Origin: an uncultured delta proteobacterium
Lineage (GTDB): Bacteria; Desulfobacterota; Binatia; Binatales; Binataceae
Assembly (NCBI GenBank): GCA_963711565.1
Contig: CAVQEQ010000003.1
Location: forward strand, 928,001-992,000
DNA length: 64,000 bases
Reading direction: 5' to 3'
Below the pieces are notes generated by a model. That model did no database searches, was not told the origin of the DNA, and was given only the letters and a program-made list of their open reading frames with translations. Of the stretch, positions 42,401-51,896 are shown one piece after another (position 1 is the stretch's first letter; the number at the start of each line of letters is the position of its first letter). The position numbers and the translations under genes are program-made.

Positions 42401-43930
42401 GGCAAAGAGTTAGGGATGCCGTTCGATCCGATTAGCAACAAGTGCTATCTGCCCAACGCCGCGATTGCCTGGAAACAGCCTAACGGATTCTACTACCCGC
42501 CCGCCTTCCACTCCAGGAATCTATTTTTCGACAACGTCGATATCCGACATTTCGTGATCGAACCATTGTTCCTGTCAACGGGTCTCTTCCTGACCGATCC
42601 AGCCGCGTCCAGGGCTAGATACTGTACCTATAACTCGACTTTTTTTACAGGCTTTACCGATATCGATCGGCAGACGGAGCTCAATGACGACGACGGGACT
42701 TTGACTGGACTGGTCGGTCCGACGGCGCAGACCGGACTGATAGGGTCGGTCTCGGTCAACCAGGATCCGTTCTTCAACGCACCGCTGCAAACTCCGGAAT
42801 GCCTATCCGATATCAACGTGACTCCTCCGAACTCCGTAACGAATCCAGCGAAGTACGCGGGGACGGCAGTTACCAGTCTCTATGACTACGTAACCACGGT
42901 AGTGTTTCCAAGCTGTGCTGCTAACGGAGGCAAGTGCGACAAAGCGCCCATAGTAACAGACTCCTGGAACAAAGATTGTACCAGTCCAAACTGCTATGGA
43001 GTCCCACTTTATAGAGAAAACCTCATTCCCGGTGAAATGACGAAGACGCCAATGGGAGTCCCTATCCGGTTGATGGGTCAAGCCAACTTCCAGAGGAGCA
43101 GTCTGACCGTCAACTACGGTAGGTATTACATCGACACAAGTCCGAGCCTGGAGGCCCAAAAGTCGGTCAATCTACCAGCAAAAAACGTCGTGTTGTGGAA
43201 CGTCTTTCAGAAAGGTCAGAAGTATTACGTCTTCCTGGTATTTGCCAAGCCCACGACCGTCCAGACTTACGACATATACGTTGGAACGGGCTTCAACCCG
43301 AAAGATAAAGACCAGTTGTGGCTGACGCGAGTGGAGCTGCCCAGCGCTTATGAATTTCAGAAACCACAGCCGTTCCCCCAAGATCAGGCGAGTTACGACC
43401 CGAGCACCGGCATCCTGACCGTGACTCTGAACATGAGCAAGTTCCCGGACTTTGCGAGCGAATTTGCCGCCGAAAAGGGAAACCAGTGCCAACCGTCAAC
43501 CTTCTGCCAATGGATCGCCGACCCGGGAATGAGCGAGGATAACTGTCAGTGCGCGGATTCGATATTTTCGCCGCCCACTTCGACTTTTCAAACGGCCGAG
43601 TGTAGCAAGACTAACGGCATCTGCAGTTGGGCGACCAAGGACACCGACTGTCCAATGGGCGGTTGTTACGGATTCGGAGTTAAGCTGTCGGACAATTTCG
43701 TCACCAGCGATAACCCTCCGAGCCCGGCGCCGCAAAGTGTTGCATGCGTGACCAGGCCGACTCCGCCGGCAGTCTCGCCTTACGACGTCAACTGGACATT
43801 GACCACTAATAGCTCAACTTGTAACTACTCCATGACAAATTCGGCGAACTTCTGCACTAATTCAGCCGATGTCGGCCCAGAAGACTCAGGCAGCGCTCCA
43901 GACGTGAGCGGCCCCGACGACCAAAATTGA
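39497..43930 (+). CDS. Large secreted Cys-rich G8-domain / CEMIP-TMEM2-like beta-helix protein (~1477 aa)
   Basis: AGAGG RBS and signal-like N-terminus; G8-like INIIKGGILKF...IIIENQGTMIAG; VVSSTDY, RAAVALLTRSIRI, FGGHM, GVEFYQMGQGGKLGHYPVHFH, IGHGYYLEDG. Confidence 0.82.
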   Translation: MRLSWGWTGACQQTVARLGSITFVLFLGFVSAVSASDSSSRSTIPECDAFAAASLQSDRRLPTEPNVTATTCPNESGDTLGPGNAGSDLIVSGGTCNVTGTPETYMYRNINIIKGGILKFADAPIDLYAANIIIENQGTMIAGSVNSSTGIITPIAGPLTIHLYGANQGPGGAGASCQTDAICGVPDDIWKTNDMMTSYPDTCKVTKNLPGGVNDCFYAYDYMPFDYGKVTGETGKCSMKDRSCGYFGYKVLGVGYGATLQLYGKKGATYETSVVPSDPSNTGTSWVRLNNCNPNVNDPTKQCNMGVLQPGANTLVLSSLVDWQVNDNIVVSSTDYLPGHAEQLQITSVVNSDTVPPFTTLTVKKILPNGTTTNLQFPHNASVYSLSKVPSGQVPTGWTSVDTRAAVALLTRSIRIVSNGDTVAVPFPAAPLPPITPATQGYWFGGHMVIRQGFQKVQIQGVEFYQMGQGGKLGHYPVHFHMARKVPNTTFVKDSSVWDSMTRWYVLHATQGVVLARNVGYASIGHGYYLEDGTETDNKLYANVGIFARAAVTNAQNPRNVPGILAAPDYPLIPQEDGKPPLQAGPSDDVVPYHSDWDHPTVFWIMNAWNDFEYNMAAGAGTCGVCYWLLPGINSGGSRSMNWTSYASEQQLPDSKTSGGTTPLQIFEGNTCVSAMSSFLTVGNTTACNGVQIGINPPSGPDAGIYPVLNQSAAVSSSPDYNLPPSSKSGTKVDGNGFSADNYYPHIGGGGRFPTRCTGTGDCSKQKVCSSEDESNCVITNIDHFVSSFTWQATNFAAIWLRPLWYLFINSAVTDAQNGGITFVTGGGYTKSDAINGHWALARKDVFIGNTQNSRANPFASNVGPFNPSTMLKCAQNPMPNPPGGFYAAPGNYCLDASDGISFALATFANNQRLFSIYDGPAYEDSNSYLDITATKLDNDPITGCNPQPPPPNMDPDHNCANSQYSQAGKELGMPFDPISNKCYLPNAAIAWKQPNGFYYPPAFHSRNLFFDNVDIRHFVIEPLFLSTGLFLTDPAASRARYCTYNSTFFTGFTDIDRQTELNDDDGTLTGLVGPTAQTGLIGSVSVNQDPFFNAPLQTPECLSDINVTPPNSVTNPAKYAGTAVTSLYDYVTTVVFPSCAANGGKCDKAPIVTDSWNKDCTSPNCYGVPLYRENLIPGEMTKTPMGVPIRLMGQANFQRSSLTVNYGRYYIDTSPSLEAQKSVNLPAKNVVLWNVFQKGQKYYVFLVFAKPTTVQTYDIYVGTGFNPKDKDQLWLTRVELPSAYEFQKPQPFPQDQASYDPSTGILTVTLNMSKFPDFASEFAAEKGNQCQPSTFCQWIADPGMSEDNCQCADSIFSPPTSTFQTAECSKTNGICSWATKDTDCPMGGCYGFGVKLSDNFVTSDNPPSPAPQSVACVTRPTPPAVSPYDVNWTLTTNSSTCNYSMTNSANFCTNSADVGPEDSGSAPDVSGPDDQN

Positions 43931-44340
43931 GTGGATCCTGCGAGTGTGATTCTTTAGAAAAGTCGCCCACCGCTGGTCGCCCCGAGGTATACCCGTCGCC
44001 GGCGGAGACTTCGGCACATACTTGCTGTCCATGGGGGAGTAGAGGGTGCTGCGGCGTCCTTGGGTTTGCTGTTCGCGGGCCAAACTAGCCGGCATCGTTA
44101 ACGGCGAAAGATCTCATGATGCCCGAACCGCTGCCACTCCCCGAATGGCATCCGCGTGCCCGGCGTTAATTCTCTTTAGAGCGAAAGATTCTGGTCCATA
44201 ATGAGGACAACAGCTTTCAGTTTTAAAATCTGGCCGCCGCCCCCAACCTCTTTTAGGAAAGGCTGTCCCTGCTAAAAATTCCATCTGACTCGGAATTCGA
44301 GCGGCAAAGATAATTGCTATCGAACGGATGCGCTCAGATG
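43931..44340 (-). pseudogene. Degenerate integrase-core (rve) transposase remnants
   Basis: SKYVPKSPP...PRGDQRWATFLKNH resembles a conserved segment of integrase-core-domain transposases; IS-end-like TGTCCCTGCTAAAAATTCC near 44264. Confidence 0.5.
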
Positions 44341-44639
44341 AGGCGGGCTGCGATCGGAACCACAAGCGGCTGACCTCCAGATCGAGTTCGAAAAAACCCT
44401 CCGAAGCATAGATCCTCAGACGACGTTGTGCGGCAGCCCGCGCAACGATTGGTGAGCAAGAGTCCGAGACGAATCAGGCGACGAGACGTTCGTAGTGATG
44501 ATGCAAGCCTGTGCTTGCTCAAAACTCCATCCACGCAGCGCGCGCGAGCGAATAGACGATCTTGCGAAGGGCGTCGTCCTTGAGTTCATTTTCAGCGAGA
44601 CTGTCGAGACGTGGGAGCAACGTGGTCGGAGGCAGGCCA

Positions 44640-45505
44640 ATGGCTGAGACAGATAAGTGGCTGCGGTGGCTAGCGGAGACGCGATTCGGCGGCGATCAAA
44701 AGGGCGCCGCTCGCGGGCTGAAGACCCTGACGCGGGTGCGCGATCATCTGCTCAAAAGGGCCGGTCTCACTGACGGCAAGATCCTTTTGGATGTCGGTAC
44801 AGGAGAAGGATTGGTGGGATTCGGCGCACTTGCGAAGGTAGAACCCAGTGGACGCGTGATTTTCTCGGACATCTCGGATTCCTGCCTCGAATTCACACGC
44901 TCTGCCGTGGAGAGACTGGGAGTAGCGGAACGTTGCTCGTTCGTGAAAGCGAGCGCGGAAGACCTTGGCGAAATCGAGAGTGAGTCCGTGGACGTTGTGG
45001 CAACCAGGTCGGTCCTGATCTACGTTGACGACAAAAGACGGGCGTTCAAGGAATTCTTTCGGGTGCTGAAGCCCGGCGGTCGCACAGCTTTGTTCGAGCC
45101 CATTGCGGACAATCGAATGAATGAAGACGCCGCGTTCTGGAACCTCGCACGAAGGCCAGGGACTCCTGATGAGATCGCACCGATCAAGGATCTCCTCGAT
45201 AAAGTGGGAGCTTGGTGGAAGGCTCATCGTCAAGTCAACGAGGCGATGACGAATTTTAACGAGCGCGACCTCGTGCGTATGTGCGTCGAGGCGGGTTTCG
45301 CGGCAGTTCACACAGAGCTGTATCTTGATGTAGGACCGATGGCTCCGCGTAGTTGGGAGTTTTTCCTGAACTCATCTCCGAATCCCCTGATCCCAAGCTT
45401 CGCGGAGGTGCAGAAAGAAATCTTCAACGACGAGGAACGCGAGCGCTACGAGCGACACTTGCGTCCGTTGATTGAGCGTGGCGGGCAGCCTTTTCGAAGT
45501 CAGGG
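44640..45505 (+). pseudogene. Class I SAM-dependent methyltransferase, 3' end replaced by IS21 copy 2
   Basis: LLDVGTGEG motif I, FSDIS, RVLKPGGR; the frame runs directly into the IS end at 45506. Confidence 0.8.
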
Positions 45506-45656
45506 TGTCAACGCCGGAGCAAAAGTACATCAACGGGCCGGAGTAAAAATGCATCAGTCTGGCCGGAGTTGGTTTGGGTTCCGGCAGGAGGAGCGCGAGG
45601 GGGATTTTCCCCCTCGCCCATCTGTGGAACTAAGGGCTGAGCGACCCGGTGGTGGG

Positions 45657-46436
45657 TCAGCCGGGTTCTTGCGGTGGTTGCTCTTCTACGATCTGACCTC
45701 TGCTGTGCTTAAGCCTGAAGCTATCGCCGTTCATCTCGAGGATGTGGACATGATGGGTGAGGCGATCGAGCAGCGCGCCGGTCAGTCGCTCGGAGCCGAA
45801 CACGCCGGTCCACTCATCGAAGGGCAGATTGCTGGTCACGATGATCGAGCCGCGTTCGTAGCGCTGGCTGAAGACCTCGAACAGCAACTCGGCGCCGGTC
45901 TGTGACAGCGGAACGTAGCCGAGCTCGTCGACGATCAGCAGCTTTAAGCCGGCGAGTTGCCGTTGCAGTCGCTGCAGACGCTTTTCGTCGTGTGCTTCGT
46001 GCAGTTCGTTGACCAGGGCCGCAGCGGTGGTGAAGCCAACCGCGAGACCCTTCTGGCACGCTGCCAGTCCGAGCCCCAGCGCGATGTGAGTCTTGCCGGT
46101 GCCGCTGTTACCGAGCGCGATGACGTTCTCACGGCGGCCGACGTACTCCGAGCGGGCCAGTTCCAGCACCAAGGTCTTGTTGAGCGAGGGGATGGCGGTG
46201 AAGTCGAAGCTGTCGAGGCTCTTCACTGCGGGGAACCTGGCTTCCTTGATCCGGCGCTCGATGGTCCGCCGTTCCCGGTCGATCATCTCAAGCTCGGCCA
46301 GGCGCAACAGGTAGCGCGAGTGATCGACACCTTCGGCGGCGCACTGGCGCGCCAGCTTGTCGTACTCACGCAGGAAGGTTGGGAGCCTCAGCGCCTTAAG
46401 GTGGTGAGCGAGCAGAACCTGCGGTGTGTCGCTCAT
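45657..46436 (-). CDS. istB: IS21 helper ATPase IstB
   Basis: Near-identical to 36639-37418. Confidence 0.96.
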   Translation of the reverse strand: MSDTPQVLLAHHLKALRLPTFLREYDKLARQCAAEGVDHSRYLLRLAELEMIDRERRTIERRIKEARFPAVKSLDSFDFTAIPSLNKTLVLELARSEYVGRRENVIALGNSGTGKTHIALGLGLAACQKGLAVGFTTAAALVNELHEAHDEKRLQRLQRQLAGLKLLIVDELGYVPLSQTGAELLFEVFSQRYERGSIIVTSNLPFDEWTGVFGSERLTGALLDRLTHHVHILEMNGDSFRLKHSRGQIVEEQPPQEPG

Positions 46437-47935
46437 GACGATGCCCCTCCCGCCAGCAGGCTCAAGTAGGCCCGGGCCGAGGTGGTCGCGACGGTGGCGC
46501 GCGGCAAGTAGGGATAGATCTTCATGTCCAGCCGCGGTGGGCGGCGTTCGATGCGGCACAACACCAGATGCTTGACTGCGTCGAAGCTGATCACTCCGCG
46601 CGCGATCGCTTCTCTCACCGCCGCTGATACGTCATCGGTGCGGAACACCTCCAGCAGGCGCAGCACCTGCACGAACTCGCGTTTGCCCGGCTTGCTCAGG
46701 CGAGCCTCGAGCAGACGGCGCAGGGTCGCGAACTCTTCAGGCAGTTCCCAACCGACCAGTGGCGCGGCCTGATCCAGCGCACCGATCTTCCGTTCCAGCA
46801 GCGCCAGGTAGTGCAGCGGATCGAAGATGAAGTTTTCGCGCTCGTAGGAGCGCAGATGACGCGCGATCTCTTCCGCCGCGCAGGCGATCACCACTTCGTG
46901 GACGTAACCGCGAACCAGCACCTCGCGGTGGCCGTAAGCGGTGGGCACCGAATAGTCGTTGCCCCGATAGCGCACCAGCGAGAGCGAGCTGACCCGGACT
47001 GCTCTCTTCTCGCAGGCATCGTAGTGAGTGGGCGGCAACGGCAGGAAGGCAGCGCGGTCTCGCACCAGTCGCTCGGCGATGGTCTGATCATGGCCACGCA
47101 GCCGATCGTTCAACCTACGGCGGCAGTCCTCCAGCAAGCGCGCGTTGAGTTCGGCGAAGCTGGCCGCATGAGGGATCGGCACCATGAAGTTGCGCCGAGC
47201 ATAGCCCACCAACCCTTCGACCTTGCCCTTGTCATTGCCTTTCCCGGGTCGTCCGAAGCGATCGGTGAACAGGTAGTGGGACTGCAGCTCGCTGAAGACC
47301 CGGATCCTTAGCCGCCGGCCGTCTCCCAGGATGCGCGCCACCGCCAGCTTGAGGTTGTCGTACAGGATCGAGCGCGGCACGCCGCCGAAGAACTCGAAGC
47401 CGACGTTGTGTCCTTCACAGAAGGCTTCGCTGCTCTCCGATGGATAGGCCTGTACCAGGCAGCTGTCGCTGTGCGGCAGATCCATCGCGAAGAAGTGGAT
47501 CTTCCGCTCCACTCCGCCGATCACTGCCAGCGCTTCGCCGAAGTCAACCTGTGCGTGTCCCGGTTCGTGGCGCAACGGCACGAACATCTCACGCGACCGC
47601 TGCCGCCGCTCGTGCACGTAGTCCTTTACAACGGTGATCCCGCCGGCGTAGCCGTGCTCGTCTCGCAGCCGCTCGAAGATCCGCTTCGAGGTGTGCTGCT
47701 GCTTGGCTGGCTGTCCCTTATCTTCCTCCAGGATCCGATCGATGATCCCAACGAACGGATCCAGCTTCGGCCGCGCCAGCGGCTGGCCCCGCCGATATCC
47801 CGGCGGCACCGAGAACGCCAGCATCTTCGCCACCGTCCGTGGGTCGATCCCGAATCGCCGCGCTGCCTCGCGCCGGCTCAGTCCTTCTACATAAACCGCT
47901 CGTCGCACCTGCCCATACAGTTCCACGCCTTTCAT
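46433..47935 (-). CDS. istA: IS21 transposase IstA
   Basis: Near-identical to 37415-38917. Confidence 0.96.
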   Translation of the reverse strand: MKGVELYGQVRRAVYVEGLSRREAARRFGIDPRTVAKMLAFSVPPGYRRGQPLARPKLDPFVGIIDRILEEDKGQPAKQQHTSKRIFERLRDEHGYAGGITVVKDYVHERRQRSREMFVPLRHEPGHAQVDFGEALAVIGGVERKIHFFAMDLPHSDSCLVQAYPSESSEAFCEGHNVGFEFFGGVPRSILYDNLKLAVARILGDGRRLRIRVFSELQSHYLFTDRFGRPGKGNDKGKVEGLVGYARRNFMVPIPHAASFAELNARLLEDCRRRLNDRLRGHDQTIAERLVRDRAAFLPLPPTHYDACEKRAVRVSSLSLVRYRGNDYSVPTAYGHREVLVRGYVHEVVIACAAEEIARHLRSYERENFIFDPLHYLALLERKIGALDQAAPLVGWELPEEFATLRRLLEARLSKPGKREFVQVLRLLEVFRTDDVSAAVREAIARGVISFDAVKHLVLCRIERRPPRLDMKIYPYLPRATVATTSARAYLSLLAGGASS

Positions 47936-48046
47936 CCCTCCGCCTTCAACCCTCCAGGCTGAAGGCTATCGCGTGCTGGAGTTTTACTCCGGCGCGACCG
48001 GTCTATCCGGCCGCTTCACTGAGGGATTTTCTCTCCGGCGCTTACA

Positions 48047-48420
48047 GTCACAGGATCCACGCCAAAAGCTTTGAGGTACTCTATGTTGTTCGACCGTGCC
48101 GTGCCCAACTCCAGTCGTCCCTTGCAGAGAATATCGAGCGTGGCCACTCGCTCCGCGATACGAATTGGGTGATTGTACCGCAACATCACGACCGATATGT
48201 GACGGATCGTGATCTTCGACGTTAGCGCGGCAACAGCGCCGTAAAGAGTTTCCGGCGCCGAGACCGAGTAGGCAGACGGAACGAAATGTTGTTCTGAAGT
48301 ACCCCAGAAATCGAAACCCATCTCTTCTGCAAATACCGCCTCCTTTATAATCTCATGATAACGTGCGCTATATGAGAGGCCCTTAGGCACCTCGCCTTCG
48401 GTAAGGAGTCCAAATTTCAT
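48047..48420 (-). pseudogene. Luciferase-like monooxygenase (LLM), truncated by IS21 copy 2
   Basis: MKFGLLTE...SEQHF...HPIRIAERVATLDILCKGRLELGTAR; stops about 125 aa in, at the IS end. Confidence 0.88.
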
Positions 48421-48490
48421 TTCGTTCTCTCCAGCCTACGCTAGCTTTGCAATGGACACGTCCGTCCCCAAATAGGGTTAAAGTCGAGAA

Positions 48491-49996
48491 TTAGAGTTTC
48501 ACATATACCGATTTGATCTGCGTATACAGATCCAGCGAATGTTTGCCCAACTCGCGGCCTATACCAGACTGCTTATAGCCTCCGAACGATGAAATCGGAT
48601 CGATGTTGTTATAGCAATTGACCCAAACGGTGCCGGCCTTGATCGCGCGCGCTACTCGAAAAGCTCGGCTCACATCGCGCGTCCATACGGCGGCGGCTAG
48701 ACCATAGGTCGTGTCATTGCCCTGGAACACCGCGTCGTTTTCGTCCTTGAATGGAATCACTGCCGCAACCGGACCGAAAATCTCTTCGCGCGCGATCTTC
48801 ATGCTATTTTTGACGTTTGTAAAAATCGTTGGATCGACGAAAAATCCCTTCCCAGTCCGTACTTCACCACCAATTGCGGTCTTGGCACCTTCGTTCTTTC
48901 CTGCACCAATGTAGCTGTTGACGCGGTTGAACTGCTCTTTCGAAACCAGCGGCCCTACCATCGTGTTAGCATCGAGCGGGTCGCCGGCTTTGACCTTCGA
49001 CGCGTAGCGGGTCAGGTGATCGACGAAGCGATCGTGGAAGTCGCTCTGCACAAATACCCGCGTGCCCGCGCAGCAGACTTGGCCGGAGAGCATGCAAAAG
49101 CCCATCAGCGAAGTAGGTACCGCGTCTTCAAGGTCAGCATCGGGGAAAACAATATTGGGTGACTTGCCACCGAGCTCGAGCGAGACCCGCTTCAGATTTC
49201 CAGCAGATGCCTGGAGGATCAATTTGCCCACTTCAGTTGAACCGGTAAATGCGACTTTGTCGATGTCTGGATGCGAGGCAATCGCGGCGCCAGCGGTTTC
49301 GCCGTATCCAGTAACAATGTTGACGACGCCCTCCGGAAGATCAGCTTCCATCATCAGCTCTCCGATTCTGAGCGCCGTTAGCGGTGTCTGCTCGGCAGGC
49401 TTTAATATCGATACGTTTCCGCACGCGAGCGCCGGCGCGATCTTCCAAGCAAGCATCGCGATTGGACCGTTCCAAGGGATTATCTGGCCACAAACGCCAA
49501 CTGGCTCGCGCAGCGTGTAATTGAACATCGAGGGATCGGACGGATTGGTCTCACCGTAGATCTTGGTCGCCCATCCTGCATAATACCTGAAAGTGTCAGC
49601 GGCCATCAGCGTAAACCCGCGGGCCAATGAGATCGCCATGCCGTTATTGAGCGTCTCGAGGATCGCCAGCTCTTCAACGTGTTTCTCGATCAAGTCCGCG
49701 ATAGTCAGCAGGTAGCGAGCACGCTGATGCGGATTGATGGTTGGCCACTTACCATTTTCGTATGCCCTTCGGGCGGACTTGACCGCTTCATCGACATCCG
49801 CTTTGTCACCTTCAGAGACCAAGGCTAGCACTTCTTCGTTTGCGGGATTTATGGTTTCGAAAGTCTTTCCTGATTTCGCCGGTACCCACTCACCTCCTAT
49901 CAAAAGGCCCTTCGGTCTGCGGAGGAAATCCAGAACCGGGATCGAAGTTACGCCTTGTGCCGCTCGTAATATTGATGGAACCGTTGATGCCGCCAC
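48491..49996 (-). CDS. Aldehyde dehydrogenase
   Basis: IIPWNGP, LKPAEQTP, FTGSTEVG, LELGGKSP, GQVCCAG, EEIFGPV. Confidence 0.96.
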   Translation of the reverse strand: MAASTVPSILRAAQGVTSIPVLDFLRRPKGLLIGGEWVPAKSGKTFETINPANEEVLALVSEGDKADVDEAVKSARRAYENGKWPTINPHQRARYLLTIADLIEKHVEELAILETLNNGMAISLARGFTLMAADTFRYYAGWATKIYGETNPSDPSMFNYTLREPVGVCGQIIPWNGPIAMLAWKIAPALACGNVSILKPAEQTPLTALRIGELMMEADLPEGVVNIVTGYGETAGAAIASHPDIDKVAFTGSTEVGKLILQASAGNLKRVSLELGGKSPNIVFPDADLEDAVPTSLMGFCMLSGQVCCAGTRVFVQSDFHDRFVDHLTRYASKVKAGDPLDANTMVGPLVSKEQFNRVNSYIGAGKNEGAKTAIGGEVRTGKGFFVDPTIFTNVKNSMKIAREEIFGPVAAVIPFKDENDAVFQGNDTTYGLAAAVWTRDVSRAFRVARAIKAGTVWVNCYNNIDPISSFGGYKQSGIGRELGKHSLDLYTQIKSVYVKL

Positions 49997-50104
49997 TTCT
50001 ATTCTCCTCTAAGACTGTTACTTTGATCTGATGTGATTTGCGTCCAGACTCCGAAACGGGTCTACCTTAGCCGGCAACGTTGGGCACAGTGGTACTGCGC
50101 ACCT

Positions 50105-50617
50105 TTAGTGAGACTTTCGACTGTCCTCTTTGGGGTTCTGATATATGATGGCGACCGCGTCCAGGTAGTAGCCTGGATGTCCGGGTTGTCCAATTCGCGG
50201 TGTCAGGCCCTCTTCGTAGCTTCGGCTCCGGTCCGAATTCCCGTCGTTGTTCTGAACCGTCGTTGCAGGAAGGTCCATTGTTTCGAGCCGACCATCGACC
50301 TGGGATTGACTTGACAACATCAGCAGTGCGTCAGCGCCAGCACCGCAAGCTTTCTGGCGCACAGCGCTTAGCATTTCCTCTTTGTGATCGAGAGTTCCCC
50401 AAGATTCTACGATCGCGATTTTTTGATAGTCAGTTTCCAAGGGTTCTGAACGTAGAATGGGCATCAAACAATCCGGCGGCTTTGGGGCGCGAGCGATGGG
50501 ATCAATTTGTACGATAGATGTCTGAGGAGGCTGGCTGGAAGAGCAACTCCAAACGGCCGAACAGCCCAATGCGCAGCAGAGCATGAAGCCTTCGAATAGA
50601 GTTCGCATTTTCACCAA
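50105..50617 (-). CDS. Hypothetical lipoprotein
   Basis: Lipobox-like AVWSC; KACGAGADAL segment. Confidence 0.65.
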   Translation of the reverse strand: MVKMRTLFEGFMLCCALGCSAVWSCSSSQPPQTSIVQIDPIARAPKPPDCLMPILRSEPLETDYQKIAIVESWGTLDHKEEMLSAVRQKACGAGADALLMLSSQSQVDGRLETMDLPATTVQNNDGNSDRSRSYEEGLTPRIGQPGHPGYYLDAVAIIYQNPKEDSRKSH

Positions 50618-50674
50618 CAGTTCGGTTGAATTGCCGTTTAAAAGGAACGAGAGAGGTAAATGACTGACTATTCT

Positions 50675-51166
50675 CTACTCGCCATTTGGACGACGCACCT
50701 CCCACACTCCATTTGAAGCAAGCGTGCCTGCTACGTAACAAGTGAAGTTCCCCTTCATGCTGTTTCCTTGAGCCGATCCTTCGAACGAGCATGCCAGGTT
50801 GTTTGGCATCGCCTGCACTTGTAGCTTTAGCTTACCTTCTTTAATGGTTCCGCCGGTGATTTTCCCCAGGGGATTGTTGCAATCGACATTCGCTTTCTTG
50901 CCTGCGTAGCATTTGTATGAACCCGAGATCTCTTCACCGCTCTGCTTCAAGTCAAATCGGATACTGTGAACTCTAAATTCGTCCGACCCGGTGCCGCCGG
51001 TCGTCGTTCGAGTACCCTTCCACACTCCTGACACCTTCACATCACCGGTATCAGGCGCCTGTGCTCCGGCTATCGGACACCAGTAAAGCATTGTCATCGA
51101 CACTAACAATGTAAGGCAGATTACTATTCGGTTCAGGTACATCGGAATCGTGTCCTTCCTAGTCAT
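50675..51166 (-). CDS. Hypothetical secreted beta-rich protein
   Basis: Signal peptide, VSGVWKG, four Cys in the mature part. Confidence 0.65.
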   Translation of the reverse strand: MTRKDTIPMYLNRIVICLTLLVSMTMLYWCPIAGAQAPDTGDVKVSGVWKGTRTTTGGTGSDEFRVHSIRFDLKQSGEEISGSYKCYAGKKANVDCNNPLGKITGGTIKEGKLKLQVQAMPNNLACSFEGSAQGNSMKGNFTCYVAGTLASNGVWEVRRPNGE

Positions 51167-51890
51167 GAGTTGTGTAGCTTTTCCGGCCTTTTAAGTTGAC
51201 ATCGAAGAGCTCAAGGGTTCGTTTCCACGCGTCCTCTGCGTCGTTGGCGCTGTAAACGTCAATTCGAGTATCATTGAAAAAGCCGTGCGAGCAGCCCGCG
51301 TACACCTTGACTTGGCCCGGCTTGCCGAACTTTTTGAGCGCCGCCCCGAGACGGTCAACGTCCTGGCGCTGAATCCATCCGTCGTTCTCGCCGTAGACGT
51401 AGAAGATAGGACATCCAAGACTTGCGAGCTGATCGTCAGACGGAATCTCGCCGTAGAACGGCGCCGCCGCCTTGATCTCCTTGCTTATACAAGGCAGTAA
51501 GACCGCATAGCTCCCACCCATGCAGAAGCCAATTACGCCGATATGCGCGGCGTCAGCCTTAGGCTGCTTTTTGATCCATCCAATGGTGCTAGCCAAATCG
51601 TCCACGCCATCGACTACCAGCAGTCCACCCATCAGGTCGGCAGCTAGACCGGGATCTTTGGTCACCTGATGCCCCTGTCGTGAGTAGAGATCGGGCGCGA
51701 CCGCAAAATAGCCTTCGGCCGCCAGGCGTCGCGCTACATCTCGAATGTGGTCGTCGAGCCCCCACCATTCATGCACGACGATTAGAGCTGGCCACGGCCC
51801 AGCCGCCGCAGGTTCTGCCACAAAGGCTCTGAGCTCGCAGCTCTTACCCGAAAAACGAACTTCTTTGCCGGTCACCTGCTTATTTGCCAT
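51159..51890 (-). CDS. Dienelactone hydrolase family protein
   Basis: VHEWWGL, APDLY, GFCMGG nucleophile, END, HGFFND. Confidence 0.93.
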   Translation of the reverse strand: MANKQVTGKEVRFSGKSCELRAFVAEPAAAGPWPALIVVHEWWGLDDHIRDVARRLAAEGYFAVAPDLYSRQGHQVTKDPGLAADLMGGLLVVDGVDDLASTIGWIKKQPKADAAHIGVIGFCMGGSYAVLLPCISKEIKAAAPFYGEIPSDDQLASLGCPIFYVYGENDGWIQRQDVDRLGAALKKFGKPGQVKVYAGCSHGFFNDTRIDVYSANDAEDAWKRTLELFDVNLKGRKSYTTHD

Positions 51891-51896
51891 CGATCG

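Larger units (their letters stand above)
45506..48046 (-). mobile_element. IS21 family insertion sequence, copy 2
   Basis: Same termini and orientation as copy 1; nearly identical sequence. Confidence 0.95.

Noticed and set aside
44562-45905. 447-aa ORF as a novel methyltransferase fusion
   Set aside because: Everything after 45505 is read-through into the IS21 end, antisense to istB; the same peptide appears at 36555-36887
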